Notes: a model not told the origin generated them from the sequence alone. A stretch of 64,000 nucleotides of DNA from Octopus sinensis (GCF_006345805.1 NC_042998.1:30008001-30072000); one strand, 5' to 3'. Numbered from the stretch's first letter, positions 1-12,951 are shown. A program made the numbers and translations.

Positions 1-83
1 CTGTGCGATATTTAGCTGCTATTTCTAGGCTATTACTTTCGTTTACTTCCACCTTTACCTCCTCTTCTAAGCAGACACACATC

Positions 84-735
84 CATATATATATACACAC
101 ACATATATATATACACATATATATACACATATATACACATATCTTTATACATATATATATACACAATATATATATATATATATACACATAGATATATATA
201 CATATATATATACATATACATATATATATACACATATATATATATACATATATATACACATATATATATATACATATATATATACACATATATATATATA
301 CATATATATATACACACATATATATATACACACATATATATATATACACATATATATATATACACATATATATACATACACATATATATACACACACATA
401 TATATACACACATATACATATATATATATACACACATATATACATATATATACATATATATATATATACACACATATATATACACACATATATACATATA
501 TATATACACACATATATATACACATATATATACATATATATACACACACATATATATACACATATATATACATATATATACACACACATATATATATATA
601 TACATATATATACACACATATATATATATCCATACATATACACATATATATATATATATATATATGTATATACATATATATGCACACATATATATATACA
701 AGCATGCACACACACACACACACAAATACATACAA
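84..735. repeat. Compound (TA)n/(CA)n microsatellite
   Basis: Continuous TA/CA dinucleotide runs; explains the YI/HT-rich ORFs at 3-735. Confidence 0.95.
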
Positions 736-1854
736 AAGACGAATTCCGAGATAGAATCAGAGCAGATCCTGGAGCGAAAGGGAAAGTCATCAAGTCCCTG
801 AGAAAGTCACGGACAACAACGAAAAAAATCTGACTAACAAACCACCGATTGATTGTACAACCAGCACATTAAACAAACGATAGATTAGTTAGTTGGTTAG
901 TTGTGAAATCAATTGACAAAAAGCAAAGATCTGGAATCGAATCTGTGCGTGTGTTATGATTACTGGTATAATGATTCTTCCAATACATAACTCTGTGTGT
1001 GTGTGTGTGATTAACGAGGGAGACGGAAGATGGAATTTATGAGAATCATTTATTGCCTGCAACAATTGTTTCGACCCATCTAGCATCGATTCCTCTCGGG
1101 TGGGAAGAAATCAATGACAAAGAACAGATACACAATGAAATATATTTACAGTAAAGCGGAAAAAATTATTACATATAACAGTTAGACGATATGGATATAT
1201 AAACCCATACACACATTGTCTAGTACGCGTACACTCGCTTGTACAAACACACACGCACGTACAAACGCATACACACGCGTGGCCTGGCACACATACACAC
1301 GCTCGCACCCGCAAATATGTAGGTGTTATTGAAGTCGGTACCGATTAATGGCCAGAGAGACCATAGATTTGGTGAGGAATCAAACAGGCTGTGTTGCGCT
1401 CCACAGGGACCGGTTCGCATATCTTTATGGCATTTGTTACAGTCATAAATACCGGCGTAAAGATTGGGGTACACTAAGGCGTACTCGCACGCACATATTC
1501 ACACAGTCCAGCGCATATAGCTATATGTGTACGCTGGACTGTGCTGAATATGTATACGTAAGCACACAGATTCACAGTCCTGCGTATATATCTTATATGT
1601 ATACATAGGCACATTTACATACGTCTAGAGGCGAATATTCGTGTGTTAATACGCACACACATATACACTTAAACATCGTTGTACATAGATACTCCCACAT
1701 CTATATAAAAGTGTATAAGAATAGGCTCGTACATAGTTACAGTTGTACGCGGATAGGCAGCCATATAAGTACACTGATAAATCGGACATACAGACACACA
1801 TGTATGTTATGTATCAGAAGACATGGCTAGTAATACTACACAATATAATAATGC

Positions 1855-2419
1855 TTTCTACAGTAAGCACAATGCCTGAAACTTTAGGGGAGGGGACCAG
1901 TCGATTTGACAAGCCCCAGTACGTAACGGGTACTTAATCTATCAACCCCGAAAACATGAAAGGTAAAGTAGACCTCGGCGGAATTTGAACTCGGGACGAA
2001 ATACCTATTTCTTTAGTACCCACAAGGGGATAAACACAGAGGACAAATAAGGACAGACAAACGGTTTAAGTCGATTATATCGACCCCAGTGCGTAACTGG
2101 TACTTAATTTATCGACCCCGAAAGGATGAAAGGCAAAGTCAACCTCGGCAGAATTTGAACTCAAAACGTAGCGGCAGACAGAATACCTATTTCTTTACTA
2201 CCCACAAGGAGCTAAACACAGAGAGGACAAACAAAGACAGACAAACGGATTAAGTCGATTACATCGACCCCAGTGCGTAACTAGTACTTATTTAATCCAC
2301 CCCGAAACGATGAAAGGCAACGTCGACCCCGGCGGAATTTGAACCAGAATGTAAAAACAGACGAAATACTGCTAAGTATTTCGCCCGGCGTGCTAACGTT
2401 TCTGCGAACGCACCGCCTT
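1855..2419 (-). mobile_element. Head-to-tail array of three tRNA-headed SINE units (family A)
   Basis: Three copies of GGTACTTAATTTATCGACCCCGAAAGGATGAAAGGCAAAGTCGACCTCGGCGGAATTTGAACTC; only the last unit has the full head (..GGCGTGCTAACG..CGCC). Confidence 0.9.
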
Positions 2420-3135
2420 AAACAATATGATAATTGAACAACAAAATGATATAAGACAACTTCACATCAACCATTCGATGTACATAGTGTAGTCTCTGAT
2501 TATATAGTCCATTTATGCATACTAGCTGTATCTGCGGTCAATAATTGCATGTATATGCAGCCAGTGAAGAGAAGATGAACGGCTAATGAAACAACCGATA
2601 GCCTGTAGAAAACATCACAAGTTACGCTTGTTGTGTTTTCATCTCTTGGACAGTGATTCGTACGAACGGGCACATGGTGGAATTTAGCTCTCCTTGAGCA
2701 TTATACAAAGGCCTAGCCGTATAACTAGTGTGGTGGGGTACTCATAAGAATGGGAAGGTTTCGGTTATTTATCTATACAATTAGGTAAACTGTAATTCTT
2801 AATTAAGTCAGTGATTAAGCTAAGCTAATTTGTGTCTGTTGTATTGTACGAAAGTGCATTTACTAGCATGCAAGCAACTGAAATTCTATTAATGAGCTTC
2901 AGATTGGTTCACAAAATGCACGGCCATCTTTCGGTGCATAGTCTACACCTCCTAAAAAGGGTATCCTATGGTTGTGCATGTTTTATTATGGACCAAGTAA
3001 AATCAGATTTCATTTTATGAAGTTGCCTCACAAAATCTGCCAAAGATGTCGAGTGCCTCTTGATGGTTTTATTGAAGCTGGCGACGTAATTTCGAGAATC
3101 TGACGTTGCACCAATATGTATGCTTGCGCGTGTGT

Positions 3136-3446
3136 GAAGGCACATGGCTCAGAGTCCTGTGGTAGTGAGTTCGATTCCCGGACCTGGTTGTGTGTTGCGT
3201 CTTGAGCAAGACACCTTATTCAGATAGTTCCACTCAGCTGTAGAAATGAGTTGCGGGGTCACCAGTGCCAAGCTGTATCGGCCCTTGCCTTTCCCGTGGA
3301 TAACATTGGTGGCGTGGAGAGAGGAGGCTGGTTGGCATGGGTGACTGTTGGGCTTCTATAAACGACCTTGCCCGGACTTCTGTGCCTCGAAGGGGAACAT
3401 TATGTGGCGCAATCTCAAGGTCATTCATGACCGAAGGGATTTTTAA
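3136..3446 (+). mobile_element. tRNA-headed SINE (family C)
   Basis: A/B-box-like head (GGCACATGGCTCAG..GTTCGATTCCC), body TCTTGAGCAAGACAC..CCACTCAGCTG, tail ..CATGACCGAAGG; homologous to the inverted copy at 38155-38494. Confidence 0.85.
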
Positions 3447-3599
3447 AATCGTTATCCTTGCTCTCTCTCTCTCTTTCTCTGTATATGTATGTATGTATGT
3501 ATGTATGTGTATATATATATATATATATATATTGGAAGGTTTGATTTGATTTGAAAACCCCACTAGAATGGGAGAACGCGCTAATGATCTGAATGATAT

Positions 3600-3703
3600 G
3601 ATATATATATATGTAAAAAATGTGATATATATATGTAAAAAATGTAATATATAAATAAATATCTGTAAATATGAACCATCCGATCTTCTGATTACCTCAT
3701 TTC

Positions 3704-3738
<35 letters not shown>

Positions 3739-3975
3739 TTTAAATGAGGTTGAGAAATTAGATATTAATTTAATAAACATCGATTTCACACCAGTGGTCT
3801 AGCATATAAAAAACTGAAGGTTCAGTAAAATTGTATTATATACATATTAGCGGGAAACCACTATGTGGGCACCCTTATGCTAGAATTAGATACGTTATTC
3901 TTGAGAACATTTCTTGGTGGTAAGACCATAGCAGATCTATTTCTAGCATAAGGGTGTCCACATAGTCGTTTCCTT
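3600..3975. mobile_element. (TA)n-flanked non-coding repeat with internal inverted repeat
   Basis: Imperfect IR 3853-3891 / 3935-3973; 3743-3815 is homologous to 15001-15081. Confidence 0.55.
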
Positions 3976-4774
3976 CTAATATGTGTGTGTGGGGGGCGGA
4001 ATAAACATCATTCGTGATCAATCCATTTTTATTCGTCTTTTCCCTTTTGCTCATTTTGTTTGCGTAATAATCCTATTTGAAGTTCATTTGCTTTCACTAA
4101 GAAAATACGGAACAGATTTAATAACGATAAAGTTATTCTGAATCTTTATGAGACAGATGTAACAAAGTAATTACCGTTTTCCCTAGTGCCCAAGAAGAAA
4201 CACTTAATATATTCCCAGCTTTATTCCCAAAGCTTCTTAAGCAAAGAAAATACATCTTTTATTACCAATATATATTCGGTCATATGAGTAAAACAATATA
4301 TATATGATAGGTTATCTGATATACGCGATCCAAAATAAAATTACATTCTCAATTCCAGATGAATTGGGAAATGTTTCATAAAACGGTGAATCAAATTTTG
4401 AAATTTAATTGAAAATATAACTTGAAGAATCGTTAATTTATTAAATTGTCCGTTGAAATTATTCGATGCGGATTTAGAAACAAATTTCATGAAAAATATT
4501 GTTTTATGTTTTAATATTGTTGTCATGTTAATAAGATTATAATTCCATATGGCTATTGAGCGTAATAATTTTCAATTATTTACAACTCATTTTATAACAA
4601 AGTAATTATTGTTACATACATTTGTACTGGGGCACATAGACATTATATGCATATATATATGTATGTATGCATATAATATACACGAACATATATACATCTA
4701 TATATAAACACATACATACACATAATACGTATATACATGCATATATATAAATATAGACACATACACGCATATAC

Positions 4775-4812
<38 letters not shown>

Positions 4813-5454
4813 GCTCTCTCTCTCTGCCTTTCTCTCTCTTTCTCTCTCTCTCTATATATTAGAAGTTCGAAAGAATGAAAGGAAGCGAGGTTGATATATT
4901 AGAGAATGCTTGAATTAATTTGGGGAGCAAATCCAACATAAGTGAATACTTAACGAAATACGTTAACAAGGAACCTTTACATATTAATCCGCTTTACTAT
5001 CATTCGTTGATCTATCTCCTTCACATCGCACTCACCTCTCGTAAAACACAGATCTCCACTACACGAAAAGCAATATATTTTACGATTCGAAACCTGCTAA
5101 GAACTGGTGAAATATTAAACATCACTAACCCGAAATAAATTAAGGGATTACATTAAATTGTCCCCCTAACTACAATAATTAGCAGCAAGATGTGATTATA
5201 CGGATATTTTGTAAACATATACGTAAGCACATGAAAATTAAGCGTAGCAATGGCAATAATAAATAACACATTCAAACAAGGCATCGGTCTGAGTATGGTC
5301 CGTCTGTCTTCGCAACAAATTATTCGAACTTTTAGCAAAGGAATACAAATCAACTGTGTAGTGTTGTTGATGATACATAAATGGAATGTTCTTAAATATT
5401 GTTCGAAGTTATTACCTACTTACGTATATATATATATATACATAAATATAACTT

Positions 5455-6625
5455 ATTTAAGGTCCCAATACGTTTATTAAAGCGCTACTAATAGTTTCAT
5501 ATGTTGAGAGAACTCAAACATATTCTTCAGACGTAAGCCACATATCATAACGAACTAAAGCAATTGAATAGCAGAAGAAACACGAAATAAAATGAGAAGG
5601 CAGCATATAGAAAATGCAAACAGTAAACACCGGAAAACGAAAAACCTAAACCAAAATGTCAAAAATAAAATGTAAAAGATAAAATTATGAAAGAGCTATC
5701 CTCCTTAGACCTTAAATGATAAAGCTGGAAAGATATTAAGTTCGTCAGGAATAGGCAAAATTTTCCAATTTTCCAGAATATATTTATACGCATGCATGCC
5801 ACTACTGAAATTTTTGACCTCGAGTTCAGTAGAGAGTTAGGGATCTTAGATCTCAACAGGATTTGTGCTCTTTCAGCTAAACAAAATCTACATTTATTGG
5901 ATCCATTCAAATAAAGTAAGGATGTCTCAATTACTTTCCATTTAATCACATGTGATGTTTCGTTATCTTTCAAAGTCCATACGGAGCTAGCAGACTTCGT
6001 AGATTTACTTCTGTCCCTATGTTGGAAGGAGGCAATGTGATTGGTATGGCGATTTTTAAATTCTCCTTCATATAATCCAATATAGGTCTTCTTATCAGTT
6101 GTATTATTATTATTATTATTATTATTATTTAGCGTTGTAGTAACTTCTACCTCATATATAATAGATCTAGTCGTACATCGTTGGTCAAGTGGATAGGATC
6201 CTGCGCCGCGATAGTTACAACTGGATACAGGTTCTTGGTATTAACCACGTGTAATGACACTCTTTATATTGAGGCAGCAGCTATATGATAATTTCACAGA
6301 ATGCCCATTAAATATTTTCCTGTATCTGTGAGTGGCTGGAAAGTGTTTGTCCAGAGGTGACAGGAATCTTTTAAGGGAAAATGTAGCGGTGAACCAAAAA
6401 AAAACTTTTTGGCCTATGTTTAGGTTTCTTATTATACTGATTAGTACTATAGTGGTTAAGTACTACTTTATATTCGATGTCACTTGAGCTATTATTAATA
6501 TTTTGATTATAAGAAGGATTACATATTAATTTGTCTCTGAAGCCACAATTGGTTACCGCCTTGTTATAATAGTGAGCAGGTTCCTCGAAAATTTCTTTGG
6601 AAGAAGAGAAATTAGACACTGTTAC
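5455..6625 (-). mobile_element. Decayed Penelope-like element: RT C-terminus, GIY-YIG endonuclease and pLTR
   Basis: Minus-strand translation gives SNFSSSKEIFEEPAHYYNKAV..CGF, KRFLSPLDKHFP..HRYRKIFN..VKLSYSC, IIYEVEV..KTYIGLYEGEFKNRH..H, IKWKVIE..YLNGSNKCRFCLAE..LLNSRS, all typical PLE motifs; interrupted by stops and a (TAA)n insertion. Confidence 0.9.
5483..5533 (-). ncRNA. Type I hammerhead ribozyme motif in the PLE pLTR
   Basis: cgt CTGAAGA ATATGTTTGAG-TTCT-CTCAACATAT GAAAC TATTA GTA gcg: intact core, 10-bp stem II, near-palindromic stem III, only 3-bp stem I. Confidence 0.7.
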
Positions 6626-6811
6626 TAATATTAGCTATCAGATTTTTAAATACTACAGGAAGGTGACAAGGCCTTTTATATATATATATGCGAGTTTTCC
6701 ATTAGGCTTATGGAAAAGTTTATACGAGGAGTTTAAATCTAGGGAAACATCTAAACAATCAACTTTTTTGTTGAATTTTCTTCACTAATCTGTACATTAT
6801 ACACACACACA

Positions 6812-6875
<64 letters not shown>

Positions 6876-6877
<2 letters not shown>

Positions 6878-7068
6878 GGATATGATATGTACTTGAATAG
6901 CAAGTGGCCTGGTCTGAGATTATGCGCTGAAACAAAAACAATTGTAGCGTGAAAGGTATCTCTGAGCCATTTGAAAACACACAAAAACCGTTAGATTCAT
7001 TTCAACGTGTTAATTTAATTTGTCAAAATATTTTTGTCGCTTTGAATCAGCCACCTGTTCACTGACAC
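6876..7068. repeat. Dispersed ~190-bp repeat next to (TA)n (probable PLE pLTR derivative)
   Basis: Clear homologue in the same orientation at 31510-31692. Confidence 0.7.
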
Positions 7069-7083
7069 AATCCGTGCAGCACG

Positions 7084-7117
<34 letters not shown>

Positions 7118-7170
7118 CATGATCATGATCATGATGATAAGAAGCAGAAGAAGAAGAAAAAAAAGAAGAA

Positions 7171-7360
7171 TCCTCTCTACTATAGGCACAACGCCTGGAA
7201 TATCAGGAGAGGGAGCTTGTCGATTACACCGACCTCATTGTTTCACTGGTACTTAATTTATTGACCCCGAAGGATGAAGGGCAAAGTCGACCCCGGCAGA
7301 ATTTGAATTCAGAGCGTAAAGACGGGCGAAATACCGCGAAGCATTTTTCCTGGCGTGCTA
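7171..7360 (-). mobile_element. SINE family A, head truncated at an adjacent repeat
   Basis: Family A core at ~7250-7310; sequence stops at ..GGCGTGCTA. Confidence 0.85.
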
Positions 7361-7868
7361 ATACAAGGCAGTAGCTCTCATGTTTTCTGATCTCAACTGA
7401 TTGCAAGTGTTAACATCTATATATCTTGGCGTGAAAGATGAACCACAGGACATAATTACTCAGTGCCTCTCATTTGTTTGTCAGTTGCTTGACATTGAAC
7501 AGTTGAGCATGTCCCTTAATATCGGACATTATGTGCATCTCTGAACATGAGCAGGAGTAGTGGGAGAACATTATAGCCATGTACTGAGTAGTACTCTTTG
7601 AAGGTTTGAATAATTCACCGCTGGAAACATGGCTGTTTCGTTCATCATCCTTAAAGAAGCCTTATTTAGGGACCTTTTGAGCTGAATGGGATACTTGGCC
7701 TGAAGAAAATTCTAATTGGGACTCAGGTGAAAGGTCATGGGCTATTAACATGGGCTAGTTATGATACTTGTGTCTGGGGTATGCTTATTAGACGGGTAGT
7801 CATGTGTATTGGGTTTCGTTTATTTGCACTCCAACGTCACTTTGATGCTATGTGCTGCTCTCTCACTC
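7361..7868 (-). mobile_element. ~500-bp non-coding dispersed repeat of uncertain class
   Basis: Matches from memory an abundant octopus repeat ending in CTCTCTCACTCA beside a trinucleotide microsatellite; no second copy in this window. Confidence 0.4.
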
Positions 7869-8559
7869 AATGATGATGGACACAAGGCCAACATTTTTGG
7901 GGGAGGGAACGATTAGAACAACCCCAGTATTTAACTGGTATTAATTTCATCGGAAGATAGAAGGCAAAGTCAACTGCGATTGTATTTGAACTGAGAAGAT
8001 AAAAATCCAGAATCAATCCAACGTGCAGACGATTCAACCAATTCGCTGCCCTGATAATATCCTTGATAATAATAACCACAGCTGCGGGCCAAACAACTTA
8101 GAAGATCAAACTCAAATCGATGTCATTGTGTATTAAGACATGCTTGACTTTTATCCCAATAACTTAAGACGAGCAATTGTCCTCAATATATTTTGTAGAT
8201 AATGCATTTTTATTATATATCATGTAGGATCCTGTTTCATAGAATTTCGCAATAAATTGGTGAGTTGTAATAATGATGAGGTAGAATAAATCCCAATTCC
8301 AGGCTGCTAAAAAGTTCCTCGTGGGCTTAAATTCAAAGCTAAATTAAATATATACGGATATGAAACCGTATGCTTAATTAACTTCAATGTCGATTATGCC
8401 GCTAGCATGAATCAATTACACATTGCGATCGCAGTCAGGGCGACGTTAGCGATGTACGTTTGAAATTGCATGGGATAATAAGAGACGAACAGATGGTGAT
8501 GACGATGCTGTTGATGATAGAAGAAGAAGAAACATGAAGAAAGTAAATGGATAAAAAGT

Positions 8560-8560
8560 G

Positions 8561-8609
<49 letters not shown>

Positions 8610-8910
8610 AAAAGAAAAAAAACATGAAGAAAGAAGAAAAAGATAAGAAAAGGGAGAAGAAGAAGAAAAGGAAGAAGAAGAAAAGGAAGAAGAAGAAGAA
8701 AAGAAGAAGAAGAAGAAAAGGAAGAAGAAGAAGAAAAGGAAGAAGAACCAGTACAAGTAGTACAAACAACGACAAAAATAAAAAAGAAATTGGGGAAAAG
8801 AGGGTAAAGAAAATGAAGAAAAAGAAGGTAAAGAAATGAGGAAGAAAAGGAAGATAAAGAAAATGAGGAAGAAAAAGAAAGAAAATGAGGAAGGAAAGGA
8901 AGAAGACAAC
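8560..8910. repeat. (GTA)n plus GAA-rich low-complexity tract
   Basis: Direct inspection; source of the poly-V/K and poly-F/L ORFs. Confidence 0.95.
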
Positions 8911-9341
8911 CTTATTGTGAGCTGGATTATGAAGAAGATGTGATTGTTGATAAGGTTAATCATGTCTCCAAGATTCCTGAAGGAGAAGGGGGAGAAAGTT
9001 GTGGTTGATAATGTTATCACAGAGCTTGCTATTATTGCAATTAAATAGAAAAAAATGGAAAGGATATGTAATTGACAAAAATTAAATGTTTGAAGGAAAT
9101 AGGGACCGATATCCGTATTTGATTATTAATCAAATTATATTTACATTTGGTGAATACATTTATTTCCTCCCCAAAAATAGGTTAATGGTTTTTAAATTTT
9201 TGAGCTCTAATTTCAGATATATGATTGGGCATACAATTGAATTACTTGTACTGCACGTTTATATAGAACGATTTTGAGGAATTACTTTGATCCGTGCTAC
9301 CGATATATCAACAAAATTATCACATTATTACGCTGAAGAAG

Positions 9342-9790
9342 GGCGGCGAGCTGGCTGAAACGTTAGCACACCGGGCGAAATGCTTAGCGATATTTCGTCT
9401 GCCGCTGTGTTCTGAGTTCAAATTCCGTCGAGGTCGACTTTTCCTTTCATAATTTCGGGATCGATAAATTAAGTACCAGTTGCGTACTGGGGCCGATGTA
9501 ATCGACTAGACCCCGTCCTCCAATATTTCAGGCCTTGTGCCTGTAGTAGAAAGGATTATTGTTATTACTTTAAAAGGCGGAGAGCTGACAGAATCGTTAG
9601 CACGCCGGGCGAAATGCTTAGCGGTATTTCGTTTGCCGCTACGTTCTGATTTCAAATTCTGCCGAGGTCGACTTTGCCTTTCAACCTTTCGAGGTCGATT
9701 AACTAAGTACCAGTTACGCACTGGGGTCTATGTAATTGACTTAATCTCTTCTCCCAAATTTGAAGCCTTGTGCTTCCAGTAGAAAGACTT
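9342..9790 (+). mobile_element. Two adjacent full-length SINE family A copies
   Basis: Heads GGCGGCGAGCTGGC at ~9343 and ~9576, each followed by the core and the AGGCCTTGTGCC..GTAGAAAG tail. Confidence 0.9.
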
Positions 9791-9849
9791 ATTACACTGA
9801 AGAAAATTCCTGATTGCGTATTCAAAATTTTGCCAATACAGCAAATAAG

Positions 9850-10095
9850 CGAAGGGCTGAGCCTAGTGTTGAGGAGTGTTTCCCTACAGTCGTGAGACCG
9901 AGGTTTCGATTCTCAGACCGACTACGAGTTGTGTTCTTCAGTGAAGCATTTTATGTTACTCCAATTCACTCAGCTGCAAATAGATAACTCTACGACGGGC
10001 TATCAGTGGGAATGTTGGCCTGCTCGCTAAAACGATATGAAGTGCATTGCGACCAGTGTTGTATAACATTTGATGGGCTGGTTGATCACGTGATA
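9850..10095 (+). mobile_element. Old SINE, family C-like
   Basis: GAGGTTTCGATTCTCAGACC, TTCACTCAGCTGCAAA and a ..GATCACGTGATA tail shared with the family D copies. Confidence 0.6.
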
Positions 10096-10169
10096 TAAAT
10101 GACAACGAACCTCCGAGCGATTACATTTTTTGCTTGTTTAATACTTCTTGAGGAACACCTGTCGCAACC

Positions 10170-10540
10170 AGATTATAATTAATGAAATCAGAAGAGCCGG
10201 TCTAAGTGAGTTGCCAGACACCATTGCGGTTAAACGAAAAACCATGTATTGCATTTGCCGTTGCAGAGACCCCGACGAAGATAATCATTTGGTAGACAAC
10301 TAAAAGACGAAGGAAAGAGAGTGCAGATGTGACAAAGGAAAATGTGGGAAGACTTGACACAGTTGGGTGCCACCAGAGACCCCGACAAAGTCAACCATTT
10401 GGTAGACAGATGATAGACGAAGGAAAGAGAGTGCAGATGTGGCAAAGGAAAGTGTGGGAAGATTTTACTGTGGTGGGTGTCACCAGGGAAGAAGGTTGCA
10501 ATTCGGCTCAAAACGGTACCGCTAAAGACCTTTCATAACC
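10170..10540 (+). mobile_element. RTE-clade LINE 3' remnant with a 110-bp internal tandem duplication
   Basis: EGKRVQMWQRKVWEDF..GVTREEG..AQN resembles the RTE C-terminus (GRP..TW...V..DL..LG......AQDR); repeat units 10264-10373 and 10374-10483. Confidence 0.6.
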
Positions 10541-11034
10541 TGATAAACAGAAATGAGCAGAAATAACATAACACTTTCTATTACTTTATCACTTTTGATA
10601 AAGCCCAATTTTAGAAAGAGAATCTGTGTGAGAAAATAATAAAGATGTCTGTGTTTTCTGTAATGTAAATTGTTACTGACGTATTACAATGGTAATGATT
10701 TATTATAGTGATGTGATGGAAGTGTATTCCGACTGAGCCACGGCATATTGGCACAGACTGGCAATTGATCATATCGGCCTCACTAATTCATCGGTACTTT
10801 ATCTTATGGATCTTTGACGAATGAAAAGAATGCTGATATCAAGCTCAAATCCGGAGTACAATGAGCCAGAACATATGGCATAAAACATTTTGTCTAATGG
10901 CCTAATTATTCTACCGACACATCGTGATAGCAAATAAATACTTGATTCGAGACAAATTCGTTGCCATATTCATGTTTTAGCTTGTTAAGAGAAAATAATT
11001 TTGTTACTGCCAGTTACGCCGTCGTAGTGAAATA

Positions 11035-11850
11035 CTGATTTCAAATTTTGGTACAGGTCCAGCAATTTCGGGAAATGGTGTAAGACATGAGCCCCAGTGC
11101 TCAACTGGCACTATTTTATGGATCCCGAAAGGATGAAGATCAAAGTTGAAATCGGTGGAATTTGAACTCAGAAATTAAAGATGGACAAAATGCTGCTAAG
11201 CATTTTTTCTGGCTTGCTAACGATTCTGCCACCTCGCTGCCTTAAACGCAGACAAATATTCTTTCTGCTCTAGGCACAAGGCCTGAAATTTTCGGGGAGG
11301 GGGGCCAGTCGATTAGATCGAGCCCAGTACGCAACTGGTACTTAATTTATCAACCTCGAAAGGCTGAAAGGCAAAGTCGACCTCGGCGAAATTTGAACTC
11401 AGAACCTAGCGGCAGACGAAATACTGCTATGCATTTCTTGCGGCGTGCTAACGTTTATTTCTTTATTGCCCACAAGGGGATAAACATAGAAGGGATAAAC
11501 AAGGACAAACAAAAGGAATTAAGTCGATTACATAGACTCCAGTGCGTAAGTGGTACTTAATTTATCGACCCCCGAAAGGATGAAAGGCAAAGTCGACTTC
11601 GGCGGAATTTGAACTCACAACGTAGCGGCAAACGAAATACACGTAAGCATTTCGCCCGGCGTGCTAACGGTTCTGCCAGCTCGCCGCCTTTAAACGCAGA
11701 TAAATATTGGTATCAAATTTTGGCACAAGGCCAGCACTTTCGGAATATGGGGTAAATCGATTATATCGATCCGGAAGGATGAAAGGCAAAGTCAGCCTCG
11801 GCGTAATTTGAGCTCAAAACGTACAGGTGAACGAAATGACGCTAAGCATC
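11035..11850 (-). mobile_element. Cluster of 4-5 SINE family A copies of differing age
   Basis: Repeated family A core near 11115, 11340, 11555 and 11775. Confidence 0.9.
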
Positions 11851-11940
11851 TTGTCCCCCATGCACTGTACTGTTAGTGTTTATATAATTATTCACAAAAT
11901 ACATGCGTTCAAGTAAAATAGCGAAAACCAGGTTTTCTAT

Positions 11941-12581
11941 TACAGTAATCGGTCGATTGTCGCGGGTGTTACGTTCGAAAAGCCCCAGCGTTAGGAGAAA
12001 ATCCACGAAGTAGAAACAGTACTGTACTATATTTATTATTATTATTTTCATAATTTGTATATTTTATTATAAATTCAAAACAACACCACGGTGGAATCGA
12101 CGTAAGCTTAAATGTCTTGCAAACAACTTGCACATGCAAGTACAACCAGTCAAAAGCTCCGTATACCGGAAGCCAGCAAGTGTATGGGGTCATCAGGAGA
12201 GAAAGCGCGCCGTTTCGGGGCCTACCTATCGACGGCATCAATGCGCACCGCCCCCCCCCCTCACTGATATGAGGCCCCGCTTGCTAGATCAGCTGGTTAT
12301 GAAGTTAAACTCAATATCCTTCTAGCCATCGCTCATCGTCTCTTTTTAACCAAATCCAGTGGCTAGCCTTCTCCACCGTAGATTGGATATCAGTCATGGT
12401 GGTATTGACTTTACGATGAGTTAGACCTAGCGATAACAACAGTCGTCTCACGCTGTGTCCAACGAACCCTCTACAACCGACTTCGACTTCCGCTTTCCAG
12501 CCTGCGTCTTCAAATTCCTCAAGGAGGTTTACAATAATATACCGCGATAGGGGAACCGCGATATGTAGAGCGATTACTGTA
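11941..12581. mobile_element. Tc1/pogo-type MITE with TA ends, split by a LINE insertion
   Basis: TACAGTAATC..CGA / ..GATTACTGTA termini; an uninterrupted homologue lies at 36879-37102. Confidence 0.8.
12114..12532 (-). mobile_element. HERO/NeSL-type (RLE-endonuclease) LINE 3' fragment
   Basis: LLEEFEDAGWKAEVEVGCRGFVGHSVRRLLLSLG..VEKASHWIWLKR..W matches the RLE C-terminal signature (VEVGCRGF..S..R.L..LG, AERAS.WLWL.R), followed by a 3' UTR. Confidence 0.8.
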
Positions 12582-12951
12582 ATGTTTAATAATACTTCCT
12601 TTAGGATTCGATTGTAGCTCCTAGGTCTAAAAGAAAAAAAAAATATTGGATCCAGTAATCTCAAATAAAAAGTTTCTATACAAACTAATCTTTAAATGAA
12701 GCACAATGTTGACTATATAAAATATAGCATAATCATGGTGTCTAATAATATCGATTTTTAAAAATCAATCTTAAATTACCGCATAGACTTTGTAGAGAAA
12801 AGTGAAGTAATAGAGGAAGAAGTAAAGAGCGCCAATTTACTTCTTTAACAAGTATTAGTTCTGCTTATTCACTTGTTTCCCCATTTAAATAGATGTACCT
12901 TACGTATCATAATTACAAAAAGTGAAATATACGTATTTCATTAATGAGATT

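Noticed and set aside
1090-1125. PLGWEEIND resembling the start of a WW domain
   Set aside because: The rest of the domain (aromatic cluster, second Trp-Pro) is absent, the frame stops soon after, and there is no suitable donor site.
1855-2419. Regularly spaced repeats that could be mistaken for a CRISPR array
   Set aside because: The units are whole SINE bodies of ~180 bp without unique spacers, in a eukaryotic context with no cas genes.
7025-7068. HHR-shaped fold on the minus strand of the 6876/31510 repeat (TGTCA..GAAA-like..TGACA)
   Set aside because: The would-be core reads GTGAACA rather than CUGANGA, so it cannot be called a hammerhead from these copies.
8277-8286. TGAGGTAG, let-7 seed
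   Set aside because: Only 8 nt; no mature sequence or hairpin.
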